From Raja brachyura (taxonomy: Eukaryota), in the NCBI GenBank assembly GCA_963514005.1, contig OY740808.1, forward strand, positions 2,170,001 through 2,234,000: a stretch of 64,000 nt of DNA, written 5' to 3'. Positions 1-13,356 of the stretch are shown here, piece by piece. The notes under the pieces were generated by a model, which did not search any database, was not told the origin of the DNA, and saw only the letters and a program-made list of their open reading frames with translations. Position 1 is the stretch's first letter; each line of letters opens with the position of its first letter. The translations under genes were made by a program, and so were the position numbers.

Positions 1-297
1 TAAACTATTTGCCTATGATATACTTTAGTGAAATACTACTAATAAATTGCAGTACAAGGTTGCCTTTTAGAAATCAAAAGGATTAGCATAATATTGGATA
101 AAATAAGATATTTTCAAAGGAACACCTAACATTCCAATACTCAAGAAGGACAAAATTGTCAAGAATCTTGAATCCAGTTATTGTGTGATCCCATTAATTT
201 TAGAACATTGATCAATATTTTACTGATAGAAATAAAATGGAGGAGTACTTGTTTATTGTTGTTCATTGGAGAAATTTGGGCTAAGTTATTTCCAGTG

Positions 298-366
298 ATT
301 TAGTATAGTTTATTGTCACGTGTACTAAGGTACAGTGAAAAGCTTTTGTTGCGTGCTAACCAGTCA
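298..366 (-). mobile_element. 3' tail fragment of Rex1/Babar-type LINE
   Basis: Reverse strand reads ...aaaagcttttcactgtaccttagtacacgtgacaataaacta; similar tails at 2620-2870, 45730-46060, 18873-18986 and 63290-63372. Confidence 0.6.
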
Positions 367-383
367 ATGGTCAATTTAAATGA

Positions 384-482
384 AGATAGACGCAATGCTG
401 GAGTAACTCAATGGGACAGGCAGCATCTTTGGAGAGAGGAATGGGTGACATTTTGGGTCGAGGCCCTTCTTCAGACTGATGC
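384..482 (-). mobile_element. Short Penelope/MER6-like element with decayed hammerhead-like core
   Basis: Family motif gatagac..aatgctggagtaactca..ggcagcatc..gggtcgaggcccttcttcagact; 10-bp direct repeat ATTTAAATGA at 374-383 and 483-492. Confidence 0.7.
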
Positions 483-2619
483 ATTTAAATGAGATGCATC
501 ATAGACCTGTTTCTTTGGAAATAACTACTGGTACTTTTTTATGTTTAATGTCTAATGTGTACACTCCACATTCAAATACCCAAAGCAATATGAACCTATT
601 CCTGATAAATGGCCAAATGTGTATCTGATCCAATTTTAAGCTAATCTTTTGTTCACAAACACTTATTCTGAAAACTTGAGTGTGATTGCCCCAAACCAAA
701 TAAAGTAGATTTCAAAACTTTGTGTGCATCAATGCTGATTCTATTGGGTTTTTTTTCCCTTGGATTTTGATTAGAATTCCATTTTTTGCCTCGTCCATGG
801 TACATTCGAAGATTGCATGACTCTGCCTTTGCCCATGTGGTCTTGATAGTTAAACATAGCTGGCAGTTCTTCAGAAGATCCTCGCATCTGCAGTGAAACT
901 GTCATAAGTTTAGAAAAATAAAGCAGATGTAGAGAAAGCAAAGAATTAAAGCACCAAAAACATTTTTTGCTAACCACCCCAAATGATGCCAAATGAATGT
1001 TACATTTATGCCGCATTCATTATTGTATTGGTATTGACATTTTTCAATTAAAGTCTTAATGGCAACCAGCCTCTGGAACCATGATCTTGAAAATATGTTG
1101 TGCAACTAGTGTTACTGTAAGATGGTATTTAGGGTGTTTTACTTTAAATTAACATGGGCTCATAATAAGTCTAAAGCTCCACCCTATTGTAGTCATCTAT
1201 ATTTTCCAACATGACACATTTTAAAACGTTACATGAGTGTTTGCAAACTCTGTACAGGGCATTTACGGTGTTAGCTGGCTGACTATCTTAAGTACATAAA
1301 AAGAATAACTAAATCTGTTGGCAGCTGTTGAATAATAAATTAGCTTGATGCACTGATTCACCTCGGGAAAGTACTTCAAATGTTAATGTTCCTTACAGAT
1401 GTGAACAAGGAACAAAACACATGGAAAGGATTGCTAATTACTGCATCAAAGTAAAATGTGTCCCCTGATCTTTCCCTGTATGATCTCTGATGATTGCATG
1501 GTTTGAACTAGCTAACAAAAATGAACCAAAAGGCCCTGGTGCCTGATAGCATTTATACAACATCTGTGGTAGAATAACTGATATTTGATTTCCTCTTTTA
1601 AAAATGATTAAGCTATAAATATTCACTATTTTTCAACATTGATGTTTATCTGGTTTCCTATTTAACCCTGACGTTTGACATTCCCATCGATGAAGAATTA
1701 AACTGATTGGATGAGATGTGACCAAACTTTGCACGATCTTGAAAAATCAATTGTTGACTGAGCTGGATATATTAGATGGCTTTGACCAATTTGAAAGTAT
1801 TTTAACTACAGTATGGTAGTCTTCCTGCACAAAGCTCTATGCTTTCTCAAGTTTGTGAGCTATGTGGAATTGTTCCCCTTCCATTATTATTTTGAAGCAG
1901 GAATGTGTATATGGAGATAGAAAGCTCCAGCTATCATTGGAATTCTTGAGTATAAATCACCCATACGGCAAACTGCAACATAGGCACACAAATGGCTTTG
2001 CAAATTGCAACTGGATTAGACATTGCCCATGCTGGTCCATTAGATACAGAGTGGATTTTGTGCGTCCACCAACTGCTAGTCAAGGTGAAAACCGATTATC
2101 AGTGAGACAACTCTATCAGTGAAGTTCTATGCAAGTCGACTGAGAGTTTGCCTCCAAATATACTGCTTCTCTTTCCATGTTGAGTTGCAGCTGTTTCCAT
2201 ATTTAAACAGCATCTTAATTTTGTGAAATGGCCCAGGGCATTTCACAATCTGACAAGAGTGGTACTTGAACCAAAGGAGATATTAGATTAGATTTGACAG
2301 ACTTTGGATGAGTTCATTGGACAACAGCTTCAAGCCTGAGTCTCTCAGTGAGTTTTGGACATTAATAATATCAGTTTAGGAAAATATTTTTTTACCAGAG
2401 CCAAGAGCCAAAAACAAAGAGGCAAAACATTGAAAAAGGTTTGCAGTAAGTAATTTAACAGTAATATTTTACTTGTGGTTGCCCTTAACTTAATCCATTC
2501 ATTAGTCATGGAATAAACGGTACACTGAAGGGTACCTAAATAAAAAGTTGAATTAGATGAGGTCACATGGGGATAGCAGGACAGATAATGTACAACAACT
2601 ACACGTGGGTGATCCTTTA

Positions 2620-2870
2620 GGTTTAGATGTAGGTTAGGTTGATTATTGTCATATCTACAAGGTATGGTGAAAATCCTTGCTTTGCATGCTATCAAATCAG
2701 ATAATACTATACATATATACCATCAAGTCTAACTCAAGTACAATAGGTAGAACAAAGGGAAAGATGCAGGGTGCAGAATATAGTTCTCAGCATTGTAGTG
2801 CTTCAGGTCTAGAGACAAAGTCCAATGTCCACATTGGGGCAGAGATAAGTCGGACTACCCTAGAGCCTGA
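2620..2870 (-). mobile_element. Rex1/Babar-type LINE 3' fragment
   Basis: Similar to 298-366 and 45730-46060 (attattgtca...ggtatggtgaaaatcc...catgctatc). Confidence 0.55.
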
Positions 2871-3239
2871 TGGCCAAGGGAAAGCTATCATTGGAATTCT
2901 CCTGGAAACCATTGTGATTTCCAACACGCACATATGTATGTGATGTGCCTTTAACTTGAGGAGTTTCAGCTCAGAACTGTGGAGCTGAAGTCTGAACTGC
3001 TTATGTTCGGAGGCATAAAGGAATGGGAGGCTACCTCGACACTGATCTAGGAGATATCACAACCCTTGGGTTAAGTCATGGTATTCATCTGGTTAGTGGT
3101 CTGCTGGGATCAAGTAATTGATAAAAATTTGCAAGAATATCGTGGCTTCAAGAAAATATAGACATGCTAAATGAATAATTGTGAAAACACGCATGTTAGA
3201 CAGAAAAATATGAAGTTGTTCAGCACAACTGTAATTCAT

Positions 3240-3366
3240 TGTATAATAAGGAGCTGCAGATGCTGGCTTATGCTAAAGATAGACACAGAATGCTTGACTC
3301 AGCGGGTCAAGCAGCATCTCTGGAGAAAATGGATAGGTGATGTTTTGGGTTGCGACCCTTCTTCAG
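3240..3366 (-). mobile_element. Short Penelope/MER6-like element
   Basis: Same family motif; flanked by ACTG(T/C)AATTCAT at 3228-3239 and 3367-3378. Confidence 0.7.
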
Positions 3367-4828
3367 ACTGCAATTCATCATGGAAGCGGAAACCTTATTT
3401 TTGGAGACAAATTATATTTCTGGAATTCTCTGCTCAATACAATTAATTGTGTGCTTCAGCCATTGAGTAGTTTTAAAATGGAGCTCATTTCATTTTTGGA
3501 TATTCGAGATTTGCCGATGAATTGAAAGATTATTTCTGACCTTATTAAATGGCGGAACAGGACCAAAGAGCAAAATCACCTCCCTTGGCTTTATTTCTTT
3601 TGTGATTAAAAGCTTTGTTAAATACGTGGATTCATAAATAGTGCCATAATGAGAAAGAGGGACATAAGGAGGGAATGGTTTAGCAAGGAAATTGTAGATT
3701 ATGGCACAGATATTGGCAGTGGTGCTGTAAATCATGTGACGGTTAAAACTAATTGGTGGCGAAGTGTGCAGTTGGAGGCACTGTGGCGAAGTTCTGGCAT
3801 CTGCCTGATATACTTTAGTTGCTACGTCCTTATCTCAGTCAGAGGTTGTTTACAGAAATTGCTTTTCCTTGCAATAGAATTAGTTTTATTTTTAATTTAT
3901 AGGTGAACTCATAGTGGGAAGATTGACAGTAAAAGGTCACTTAGTTAGAAGGGGTTATGCACCTGTGGAACAAATTTATTTAACAGTAGTTTAAAAATGA
4001 GGGGAACAAATTAAAAATGAATCTGAGCTTTGTTGCAATTTCTCTTAATACTTGAAGTTGAACTTCTGTTTCAAAGATGTTTTTCATTACACTTGCCTTT
4101 GTGTGCTTAAAACAGTCTGATTTAGAGAACCTTAAGCCAGCTGGAATGTGATTTTTTTTTTTTGAGTGAGGAGATTAAGCCCAGGGACATAAATTCTGTC
4201 CTTTCTTCTTGTTGGCTCCTCTTGTAGAATATTACTGTAGAAGTGTGGCCGGCAAAGCTGGCTTAATGCATGCATTCATTGAGATAAAGGGAATAGCATC
4301 AAAGCAATTAAACTAAACAGATTTTCATTAAGTAAATTGCAGCAAGGCTGTGCTGTGTGAAGCTAGACAACAATTAGTGTTAATATCCATGCTACTTTGC
4401 CACCCTCGTATTCATTTGATTGTAATTTGTGCAAATGGATTATGCCTGGACGGCAGGGCTGGCAGATTGGCCCCTTTGGCGGTTTAAATAGGTAGATTTT
4501 AATAAATTGTGGGAAATGCTATTACTTTTGTGATAAACCCCTACATTTAATTAATCCTTAAATATTAACAGGCATGAATGAGTTGAGGATTTTGATCAGT
4601 ACAGTGGGAAAAGACTGAACTTTTCAGAGCTCAACTGCAACATAATCATTTTTTGCTAGAATGTGTGCCTGGTGAACTCTGGAATCGACAGGCATTTAAC
4701 AATAATTAGGAGTGAGATATTAAAGCTGACTCTATCCCTTAGAGGTGGAATCAGCTGATGATGATTAAACATGGAAATGTACTGCACAAATACTTCAAAA
4801 TCGGTTTTGGTTTATTCCAATTTCCTAG

Positions 4829-5192
4829 GTTCAAGCTTTGCTGGAAGCAATCTGACGTCGAATGAGAAACCTGAAACAAAAGGACCAGGTGTTTCCAAGA
4901 TATCCGGACTAGAGCGCAGCCAGGAGCAGAGTAAGGAGACACCCTTTGTGCCACTGGTCCCAAGCCCACCAGCTATAGTGGTACCACCACCGCCTTCAGC
5001 GTGCACCTCCAACAGCACAGCAAGTCCTACGATAAAGGAGCCCATCTACTCATCACGGCCACAATCAAGACAACCAACACCACAGTTACAACCACAACTG
5101 CAGCATTATCCTCTGCCTCAGGTTCATACACAGCCTCCTTCACATCACCAGATTCACCACCAGATACCCTTCAGCAGTCTTAATAGTATCAG
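4829..5192 (+). CDS. FBRSL1: Fibrosin-like 1 (AUTS2 family) internal coding exon
   Basis: ttcctag acceptor, AG|gtaagt donor; encodes the AUTS2-family motif KISGLERSQE and a Pro/Gln/His-rich tract ending SSLNSI; phase 1 to 2. Confidence 0.9.
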
Positions 5193-5339
5193 GTAAGTTG
5201 AGGGAATATTGCATTACTTTTAGAATCTACAGAGTTTTGTTTGTTTTATTGTGAATTGGAATGCAAATGCTAATGGCCAGATCACTTCTATTTCTGACTG
5301 GGTATCACATCAAGTTCTCCCAGGTCAGGGAGTAATATC

Positions 5340-5452
5340 ATAATGTCGCCAATCCTTTTTCTCCAAAGATGTTGCCTGACCCACTGAGTAACTCCAGCAC
5401 TTTGTTTCTATCTTCGGTATAAACCAGCATCAGCAGTTCCTTTCCACACATT
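5340..5452 (+). mobile_element. Penelope/MER6-like element fragment (opposite orientation)
   Basis: gcctgacccactgagtaactccagcactttgtttctatcttcggtataaaccagcatc is the reverse complement of the family motif. Confidence 0.65.
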
Positions 5453-5915
5453 CTACTCATTCTGTCCTTGTACCAGAGCCGTGCTGTTGGAGCACCAGAA
5501 CTGCTGCACATGATGCTTTTCTTATTTCCTACTCGTGCTATTCCCATAACTGAAAATAATTTAGTCCCAAGATGTAGTTGTTGTTTCCTACAGATTGAGC
5601 ATTGAAACCTTGAATCTGTATCAATGTCAGTAATTTCTTAAAGTTTAACATAGAATAATGGATTTTACTTCCTTCTAGCTAGCCCTGTTAGCACAAAAAA
5701 GGTGAAATCTTAAGCTCAAGATTGGCAAGTAAATTACCTGTTCAGTTATATAGAAACCATGAACATTGCTTGAGGAAAATTGCAAATTGGATCAGTAGCA
5801 GTATGCTTGAGGGAATCTTTTCATTTACTTTGGACCTTTGCAAATTCAGCAATCTGCTTCACTCTGAGATCTTCAATCTGGGACCAAAACTACCTGTATC
5901 CATCTGATTTCTTCT

Positions 5916-5984
5916 TGAAGGTAGACGCAAAATGCTGGAGTAACTCAGCGGGACTCGGGCAGTATCTCTGGAGAGAAGGAATGG
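5916..5984 (-). mobile_element. Truncated Penelope/MER6-like element
   Basis: Family motif; 10-bp direct repeat GATTTCTTCT at 5906-5915 and 5985-5994. Confidence 0.7.
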
Positions 5985-6473
5985 GATTTCTTCTGTGATT
6001 TCTTCTTTCTCTTCCTCTGTTTCATCCACATGCTTTTGAAATCTTTGAATTGACAACTCATAATAATCACTATCATCTTGAGAGAATCCAAATTCTGTTG
6101 CCAATAGACCCGATTTGTTCTTGTTCCCACTAGCCCATCAGGCCTCTTCACAACCTACCATCCCACAGTAATGAAAACTTAAAATTATTATCTTCATATT
6201 ACCTTGCCCATCCTTATCATTGTGACATTCAGTGACTTTTTATAATTTTAATTTCTCCAATGTTGGTCTTCTAATATAAGGTTCAGTGTAGGAGTGGACT
6301 GTTTGGACCCATGAGTCTTCTCCACCACAATTCGAAAGCAGGTACAATCGGATCTTAAGGCAAATAAAACTCAAAAGTGCTGGAGTGAATCAGCAGGTCA
6401 GGCAGCATTCTGGAGAACATCGATAGGTGACGTCTTGGGTCAGGACCTTGCAGATTCTTGTGACTGCAACTAG

Positions 6474-7009
6474 ATCTCCACCAATTTGAGGAAGGACATC
6501 CTTGTGATTGAGGCAGTGCAGCATAGGTTCACGAGATTGATCCCTGGTATAGCGGGACTGTCATATGAGGAAAGATTGAAAAGACTAGGCTTGTATTCAC
6601 TGGAGTTTGAAAGGATGAGGGGATATCTTATAGAAACATATAAAATTATAAAAGGACTGGACAAGCTAGATGCAGGTAAAATGTTCCCAATGTTGGGTGA
6701 GTCCAGAACCAGAGGCCACAGTCTTAGAATAAAGGGGAGGTCATAAAAGACTGAGCTAAGAAAAAAACTTTTTTACCCAGAGAGTTGTGAATTTATGGAA
6801 TTCCCTGCCACAGAGGGCAGTGGAGGCCCAATCACTGGATGGATTTAAGAGAGAGTTGGATAGAGCTCTAGGGGCTAGTGGAGTCAAGGGATATGGGGAG
6901 AAGGCAGGCACGGGTTATTGATAGCGGACGATCAGCCATGATCACAATGAATGGCGGTGCTGGCTTTAAGGGCCGAATGGCCTCCTGCACATATTTCTAT
7001 GTTTCTATG
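6474..7009 (+). mobile_element. 5'-truncated CR1 LINE (RT C-terminus and 3' UTR)
   Basis: ORF 6486-6746 RFTRLIPG..LSYEERL..LGLYSLE..RGHS; ends in (TTTCTATG)n tail. Confidence 0.9.
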
Positions 7010-7059
7010 CTAATATTTGGTAATATCTGTTTAATTATTTTTTATCTGATTGAGTCATA

Positions 7060-7285
7060 TAGCATTGAAATGTGATTTTAGGCACACAGTATACATATAT
7101 CAACAGGTCAAGGACTGATGTGGTTTGTCAACCCCATACAACCTGCACATCTTTAAGATGTTGGAGGAAATGCACATGGACATAGGGCGAATGTGCAATC
7201 TCCATATCCAGAGCACTGAAGCAAAGATTGAACCCAGGTTGCTAGAGCTATGAGGCATCTGCTTGACTAACTACACCACTCTTTA
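7060..7285 (-). mobile_element. Degenerate tRNA-derived V-SINE
   Basis: Similar to the minus-strand SINEs at 51780-52298 and 61335-61600 (gattgaacccaggttgctagagctatgaggca..ctacaccact). Confidence 0.55.
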
Positions 7286-7840
7286 TGATTCTCCACATGT
7301 CCTGCTACTGCATCTTTAGCAATTTAGGACTTTTTGCTTTTCTATTGTTGATAAGAATTTATTAAAATAATTGGGTGGTTTTTGCTTACCCTTGGGCATA
7401 CTTTTGCCAACACCTTCCTACCCCCTCTTTATTGGCTTTACTGTGAGTTGAAGACTTACGTTTCAAACTAAAGCATCATTTTCACATTTCTGGCTGTCTT
7501 GTGGCAAAACATAAACTGCTGGAAGAACTCGGTGGCCCAAGCAACCTTAGATGTTCCTCCTTAGGAGGCGAAAGGATAGTCAATGTTTTAGGTTGAGAAC
7601 CAGTATCAGTCCTTGACCTGTTGAGTTCTTCCAGCAATGCATCTGTTGCTCCAGGTTTCTGTGCTGCAGGCTCTTGTGGCTCTATGGTTGTTTTGTAATC
7701 ACCTTTCTATGGAAAGCATCGTGCTGCAACATTGCTAATTAACACAAGCTTATTATACAGAACCATATCTAAAATGGATCATTTCCAGGCTCTTCCAGGA
7801 AGTTGTGTCCTATGATACTTTCTATGAAGTTATTTTGCTT

Positions 7841-8723
7841 GGAGGCTGCAGGGTGATTTGGATAGGCTGAGTGAATGGGCAGATGCATGGCAGATGCAGT
7901 ACAATGTGGATAAATGTGAGGTTATCCACTTTGGTGGCAAAAACATGAGGGTAGACTATTATCTGAATGGTGGCAGATTAGGTAACGGGGAGATGCAACG
8001 AGACCTGGGTGTCATGGTACACCAGTCATTGAAAGTAGGCATGCAGGTGCAGCAGGCAGTGAAGAAAGCAAATGGTATGTTAGCATTCATAGCGAAAGGA
8101 TTTGAGTATAGGAGCAGGGAGGTTCTACTGCAGTTGTACAGGGTTTTGGTGAGGCCACACCTGGAGTACTGCGTACAGTTTTGGTCTCCAAATCTGAGGA
8201 AAGACATCCTTGCCATAGAGGGGGTACAGAGAAGATTCACCAGACTGATTCCTGGGATGTCAGGACTTTCATATGAGGAAAGATTGGATAGACTCGGTTT
8301 GTACTCGATGGAATTTAGAAGATTGAGGGGGGATCTTATAGAAACCTACAAAATTCTTAAGGGGTTGGACAAGCTAGATGCTGGAAGATTGTTCCCGATG
8401 TTGGGGGAGTCCAGAACAAGGGGTCACAGTCTAAGGATAAGGGGGAATTCCTTTAGGACCGAAATGAGGAAAACATTCTTTACACAGAGAGTGGTGAGTC
8501 TCTGGAATTCTCTGCCACAGAAGGTAGTTGAGGCCAGTTCATTGGCTATATTTAAGAGGGTGTTAGATGTGGCACTTGTGGCTAAAGGGATCAGGGGGTA
8601 TGGAGAGAAGGCAGGTACGGGATACTGAGTTGGATGATCAGCCATGATCACATTGAATGGCGGTGCAGGCTCGAAGGGCCGAATGGCCTACTCCTGCACC
8701 TATTTTCTATGTTTCTATGTTTC
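7841..8723 (+). mobile_element. Young 5'-truncated CR1 LINE; uninterrupted RT C-terminal frame 7858-8628
   Basis: WQMQYNVDKCEVIHFG, LVRPHLEYCVQFWSP, FFTQRVV.LWNSLP motifs; (TTTCTATG)n tail. Confidence 0.95.
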
Positions 8724-10916
8724 CAAATTTACGTTTGCAATTTAATTTTCCCAAACTGAGGATCAAGTCCCTTATTATTTAGCATAGGTCAAAATTGTGC
8801 TGGTTGAAAGAAATTTCCTGGGTCAACTATTTGGCCCAGTCTTGGACTTCCATTCATTTGCAGCTGATCTTGGAAGGGTTCAGTGTTCTGAAGGTCAGAT
8901 GCATCCGACTGCCCACACAGCCTACTGCACCTCGGCAGGCCCACTACCCAATGGCTCACTGTAAAAAATAAAAATAAAAAAAATCTTGATGCACTTTGCA
9001 TCAGTTACTTAGCTTTTGGCAGTCAGGGCCAACATACAAAGAGAAATCCTATTATTTGAATATGACTCCACACAGGTAGCTCCCAAGGTCGGGTCAAACT
9101 CCAATTGCGGGAATTGTGTAAAAGCAGCACCATTAATGATAAAACATTAATGATAAAACACCGTTGATCAAGCATGTGAACCAACAAAATACCAGATCAA
9201 AGTACCATTATCCATTGTTATCTCTTATCTCCATGTTCTGATACTACTTCCAGGCTATTGGTCATTTGATTTACCATCTCCATTTGGCACAGTTTATTTT
9301 GTTTAACTGTGCACCCATTAAGAACCCTAGAATGTTTTTCAACATTAAAGGGACTGTATAAATCTTTACAAGTACAAGTTGAGATAATTATGCAGTAGTG
9401 CCATTACTTATATTCATGGTCTGCTCCATTATTCTATTATTGATATCGATATTTTTAATTTGCGCTCTCCTCTCCCAAATGGAGGTTCGGATTTGTCTCT
9501 TTGTGAAGCACATCTAAAGCAGCTCAGAACATTGTATACTATGGGTGGAAGTTCATATTAGCTTGAGTATTTGCTTGTTTCAGTTTGGTTTGTGCAACAT
9601 CCAATATAAACATGTAAGTTAATGGACTTCCCCAATTTGCCTCTGCTGGCATCCACACTTGACTGCTTTGTAATTTTTTAGATATGATTATTTTAGGCTG
9701 AAATCAAGCTAGCTTTACTTTCAAATATTATATTGTGGAAAGCCACAACACTCAATCTTTCCACCCAAAATTAAATTATTCCAGCCCAATTAAATTCAGA
9801 AAGGAAAATAATCATTCATTTTTTGATCAAATACAGTTTTGCACAGTAAAGTATCATCTGTTGTACTAACAAATGAACTACACCATTTACTTTAGCACCA
9901 CAGCATGAAATTAATAGAGAATAATTCCTCTTTCTCTAGAAATGAGTTCTTAGCATGTTTAGAAGTTAAAGGTGTGTTAAATAGAATCCTAGAAAATTCA
10001 TGTCACAGATTGTCACTCAACCTGATGTATTTGTACAGGCTGAAAAAGAGTTTAGTAATAAAGGTTGTCATCGGCAATCCATCCACTAGCTTGTTCTGAC
10101 ATTAATCTAACCAATCATCATGTCTTCTTGTGATGCCACTTTTTTAACTTTCTGTTTACAATTTTTAATTATTATTTTATCTCTTGTCCCTCACTCAATC
10201 TCTTCTCTCTCGCTCCTTTCCAAGACATCTCTCAAACTAAGCTGTATTTTGTTTCTTTTTTTGAGATAAAGCCTATGTCTACACAAATTACTGAATTTTG
10301 TACTCTAGAACCTGGGCCCTGTGTTACTTTCTTTAGCTGTGTTTGTAAGTGTGAATCAAATGTGATACCATTTGTACAGTGTATTTAACTGCTGTTATTA
10401 GTTGCTTCTTAACTTTAACCATTTACCGTTTCCAATGTAGATTTTCACTATAGAATTACTAAATAGACCAGAGAGTGCAACATCTTACTGATATTTAACT
10501 GTAAATAAGCTGTCCAACCTAACCCTTAATTATCTTTCAGAATGTTAAAATACTACGGTAAAAAGAAATATGCTAGAACAGACTCCTTTGTCCAGTATTG
10601 ATAATTCCAAATCATTAAAGTAATTAACTAATCACATTTAAAATGTATTCCTGCCCCACCTCTCGCCAATAAATAAAATGCAGTATAAAATGCAGCATCA
10701 AGCAGTATTCAATGATGCTGAATTCTCAAAAATATAATTTTACCATTTATGATAAGATTTGTGAAATTCGTTTTTATAGAATTAATACACTCTTTTAATA
10801 TGCAGTGGAAATATCACTGTTTTATCTTATAGATAATTTGTATATATTTGCAATTTTATTGTTATGAGTTAGGGTTTGTGAAACATGTTAACTAATTATC
10901 AACTTTTCTTTTGTAG

Positions 10917-11188
10917 CAGCAGGAGCAGCAGTGCCAGCAGTGCTGCAAGCATCAGTCTACCCAAGCACCTGCCTTCATCCCCCCAAATCCACCCCCATCA
11001 CTCAACCACTCCAGTCCTGCCCTTATCAATTCCAAACCTTGCTACCTCACATAATTTCTCCCTGAGGCCTCAGACTCATCCTCATCACCACGCCATGTTT
11101 GCAACACCAGCTACCTTACCACCACCACCTCCTTTAACGTCAAACAGCCTTGTTGTACCGGGTCACCCTGCAGGACCTGGCTATTCAG
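10917..11188 (+). CDS. FBRSL1: FBRSL1 coding exon
   Basis: tttgtag acceptor (tandem TAGCAGCAG), G|gtaggt donor; HHHAMFATPATLPPPPPLTSNSLVVPGHPAG family motif; phase 2 to 1. Confidence 0.93.
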
Positions 11189-12099
11189 GTAGGTGTCAAT
11201 TTTTGTTTTCCCCAAAGTACTTGCACTGTGGCTCAATTGTGTTTGTTGCCGGGAAGTTTTTGTCTGTTAACATTTTATTTCCCTTTAGATTCCCTGAAAT
11301 GTTCACTTTTAATTTTGAATTATGACGTTTCACTTGATATAGACCTACATTATTTTAAAAGTGAGAACATTTGCTCAGTTCATAAACCTTTAACGAAAGA
11401 AATGGCAAAGACGTTAGGAAAATTATTATATGAAGTTAGTACTACCACTTTATTCACAACTTGATATTCAGAAGCCCATGTGATTTGTAATGCAACTGAA
11501 TAATGTACAGAGAAATTAGTGATAACTATTTTCATGTAAGATAAGTGCTCATATGTTAGCCTGTAACACTAAGGAACTGAAGTGGTTAAAAATCCTGAGA
11601 TCTGGTAAGAGTTTAAGTCGTCCACTTATTGAGCAAACTAGTAAATTGATATGCCATGAGAGGTAGAAGTCCCATTGAGAAAGATGTAGAATTTTGTTTC
11701 CTACCCAGAAGAACCCGAATTTGTCAAATTAAGATTGGGTGGAAGGGGGCAGAGAGTGGGAGGGTAAGTTGAAGTAATTGAAAAGTTATTTTCCACCTTT
11801 TCACCTTGGTTAAAAAGCAGTATCGGCAAAGTCTGTTCTACTTGTTGAGAGGAAATGCACACGCATTTCAAAAGTCCTGGATTAACACAAAATATTTAAT
11901 TGCTGTCGTGATATTTTGTAGTCTTGAGGTGGAAGATGTAGCAGTAGAAACTGATGCACCCTTGTTTGATCTAGTGAAGGTGATAGCTTTTGCAAAATTG
12001 TCAACTGTATTTGTATTCCAAGTAGATTCCCTTCCCTATTTCATTTTCTGGAAACGTTGAATGATTGATTGATGTTTAGCAGTCCATACTTAAAAGGAC

Positions 12100-12372
12100 A
12101 ATGGCTGGTGGAGCTGCTGGCTCACAGCACCAGATACCTGGTTTGTTCCTGACCTCGGGTGCTGGCTCTGGAGTATGTGCATTCTCTCGTTGACCATCAA
12201 GGATTCTTCTGGGTGCTCTGGTATCCCCTCACATTCCAAAGACGTGCAGGTTTGGAGGTTAATTGCCTGCCCTCTAAATTGCCCCTAATGTGTAGGGAGA
12301 AAGTGGCATAACATAGAACTTGTGTGAATGGGTGATTGCCTGCGGTGTGGACTCGTGGCATGCCCTATCTAT
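12100..12372 (+). mobile_element. tRNA-derived V-SINE
   Basis: gagctgctggctcacagcaccagatacctggtttgttcctgacctcggg head and gggtgctctggt..cacattccaaagacgtgcagg core. Confidence 0.75.
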
Positions 12373-13137
12373 CAATTTCGTTATATAGTTGTCATATTTG
12401 AATATCCATATCAAACACCAAATAAGGCTTTTTACAGTAGTTCAAAATTAAATCATGCAAATACTTCATTGTAAGTATTCAAGCCATCTCCAAAAAGATC
12501 AGAGAAGCATTTTGTCAAGATGTTGTAATGATAATTAATAAGAATCTAGAATTGCATCCCTTGTGTTCGATTTATATTTAACTTTTCCATTCATTTTTAA
12601 ATGGGTAATGACATTTAATAAGTACTATTTAAAATGTGTTAATCTTACAAGGTAATACAATTCAAAATTGATTTTTATCTTTGAAACTGTATTTGATACA
12701 AGAAAGATGTCCTCATAAGAGCATAGAACAATTTTGTTTCATAAAAAATGCATGTGTTCAGCATGCTGCTAATGTTGTTATGCTACCAATGGTGAGTGAA
12801 AGTGATTCAATGTATTCATAAATGTGGGCTGCTTCAAGCATCGAGTGAACTCAAACTCATATGTAACAGTAGTCAAGCAATTATTGTTGCAGATATTTCT
12901 GTTAAAGCCCCAAATCACCTTGTCTACTTTGTGTATTTATAAAAATGTTAGCTTTCAATGGTGCTAATGTATTTAAAATAACATGGAATGCATTTGGAAC
13001 AGTGCTCCTGCTGCCTGCTCTTATGGGTGACAAGTATTTTGTCTTGGCTGTCTCGTCTGAGGTGGATTTTGTGCGTTTCTGGTGTCGCCAGTTTGTTTTC
13101 TGCTGGGTTGACTCACCTGGTTCTCTTTTGTCTTTAG

Positions 13138-13298
13138 ATACCAGCCTGTTGATATCATTCAACCAACCAATCATGTATTGTCAGCCTCAGTCGGGAATTC
13201 TGATTGGTGCTTTGTCACAGGCATCTCTGTTACCTCCACAAATGAGTCCTCATGTAGAAAACCACCACAGCATCACCTGCAGAAACAGGGAATGCCAG
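13138..13298 (+). CDS. FBRSL1: Probable alternative FBRSL1 exon ([24 protein letters not shown]...CRNRECQ)
   Basis: Branch-like gactcac plus pyrimidine tract and tttag acceptor; phase 1 matches the upstream exon; donors at 13206 (G|gtgctt) and 13298 (CAG|gtgaat); reading frame open through to the next exon. Confidence 0.6.
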
Positions 13299-13356
13299 GT
13301 GAATATTTGCCAACTGACTGGCCCATGGCCCTTGTGTTTCTTTTTTTCTCTTCCAG

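Noticed and set aside
2940-3120. Possible CR1 ORF1 remnant
   Set aside because: Resemblance is weak and too degenerate to support.
7858-8628. 256-aa ORF as a host gene or active LINE
   Set aside because: It is a 5'-truncated CR1 RT C-terminus lacking the catalytic core, endonuclease and promoter.
9131-9159. Tandem CATTAATGATAAAA duplication (similar small ones near 36699 and 56633)
   Set aside because: Ordinary slippage duplications with no further structure.
12945-13137. 5' part of the 271-aa ORF as coding
   Set aside because: It lies upstream of the branch point and acceptor at 13138 and has an intron-like T-rich composition.
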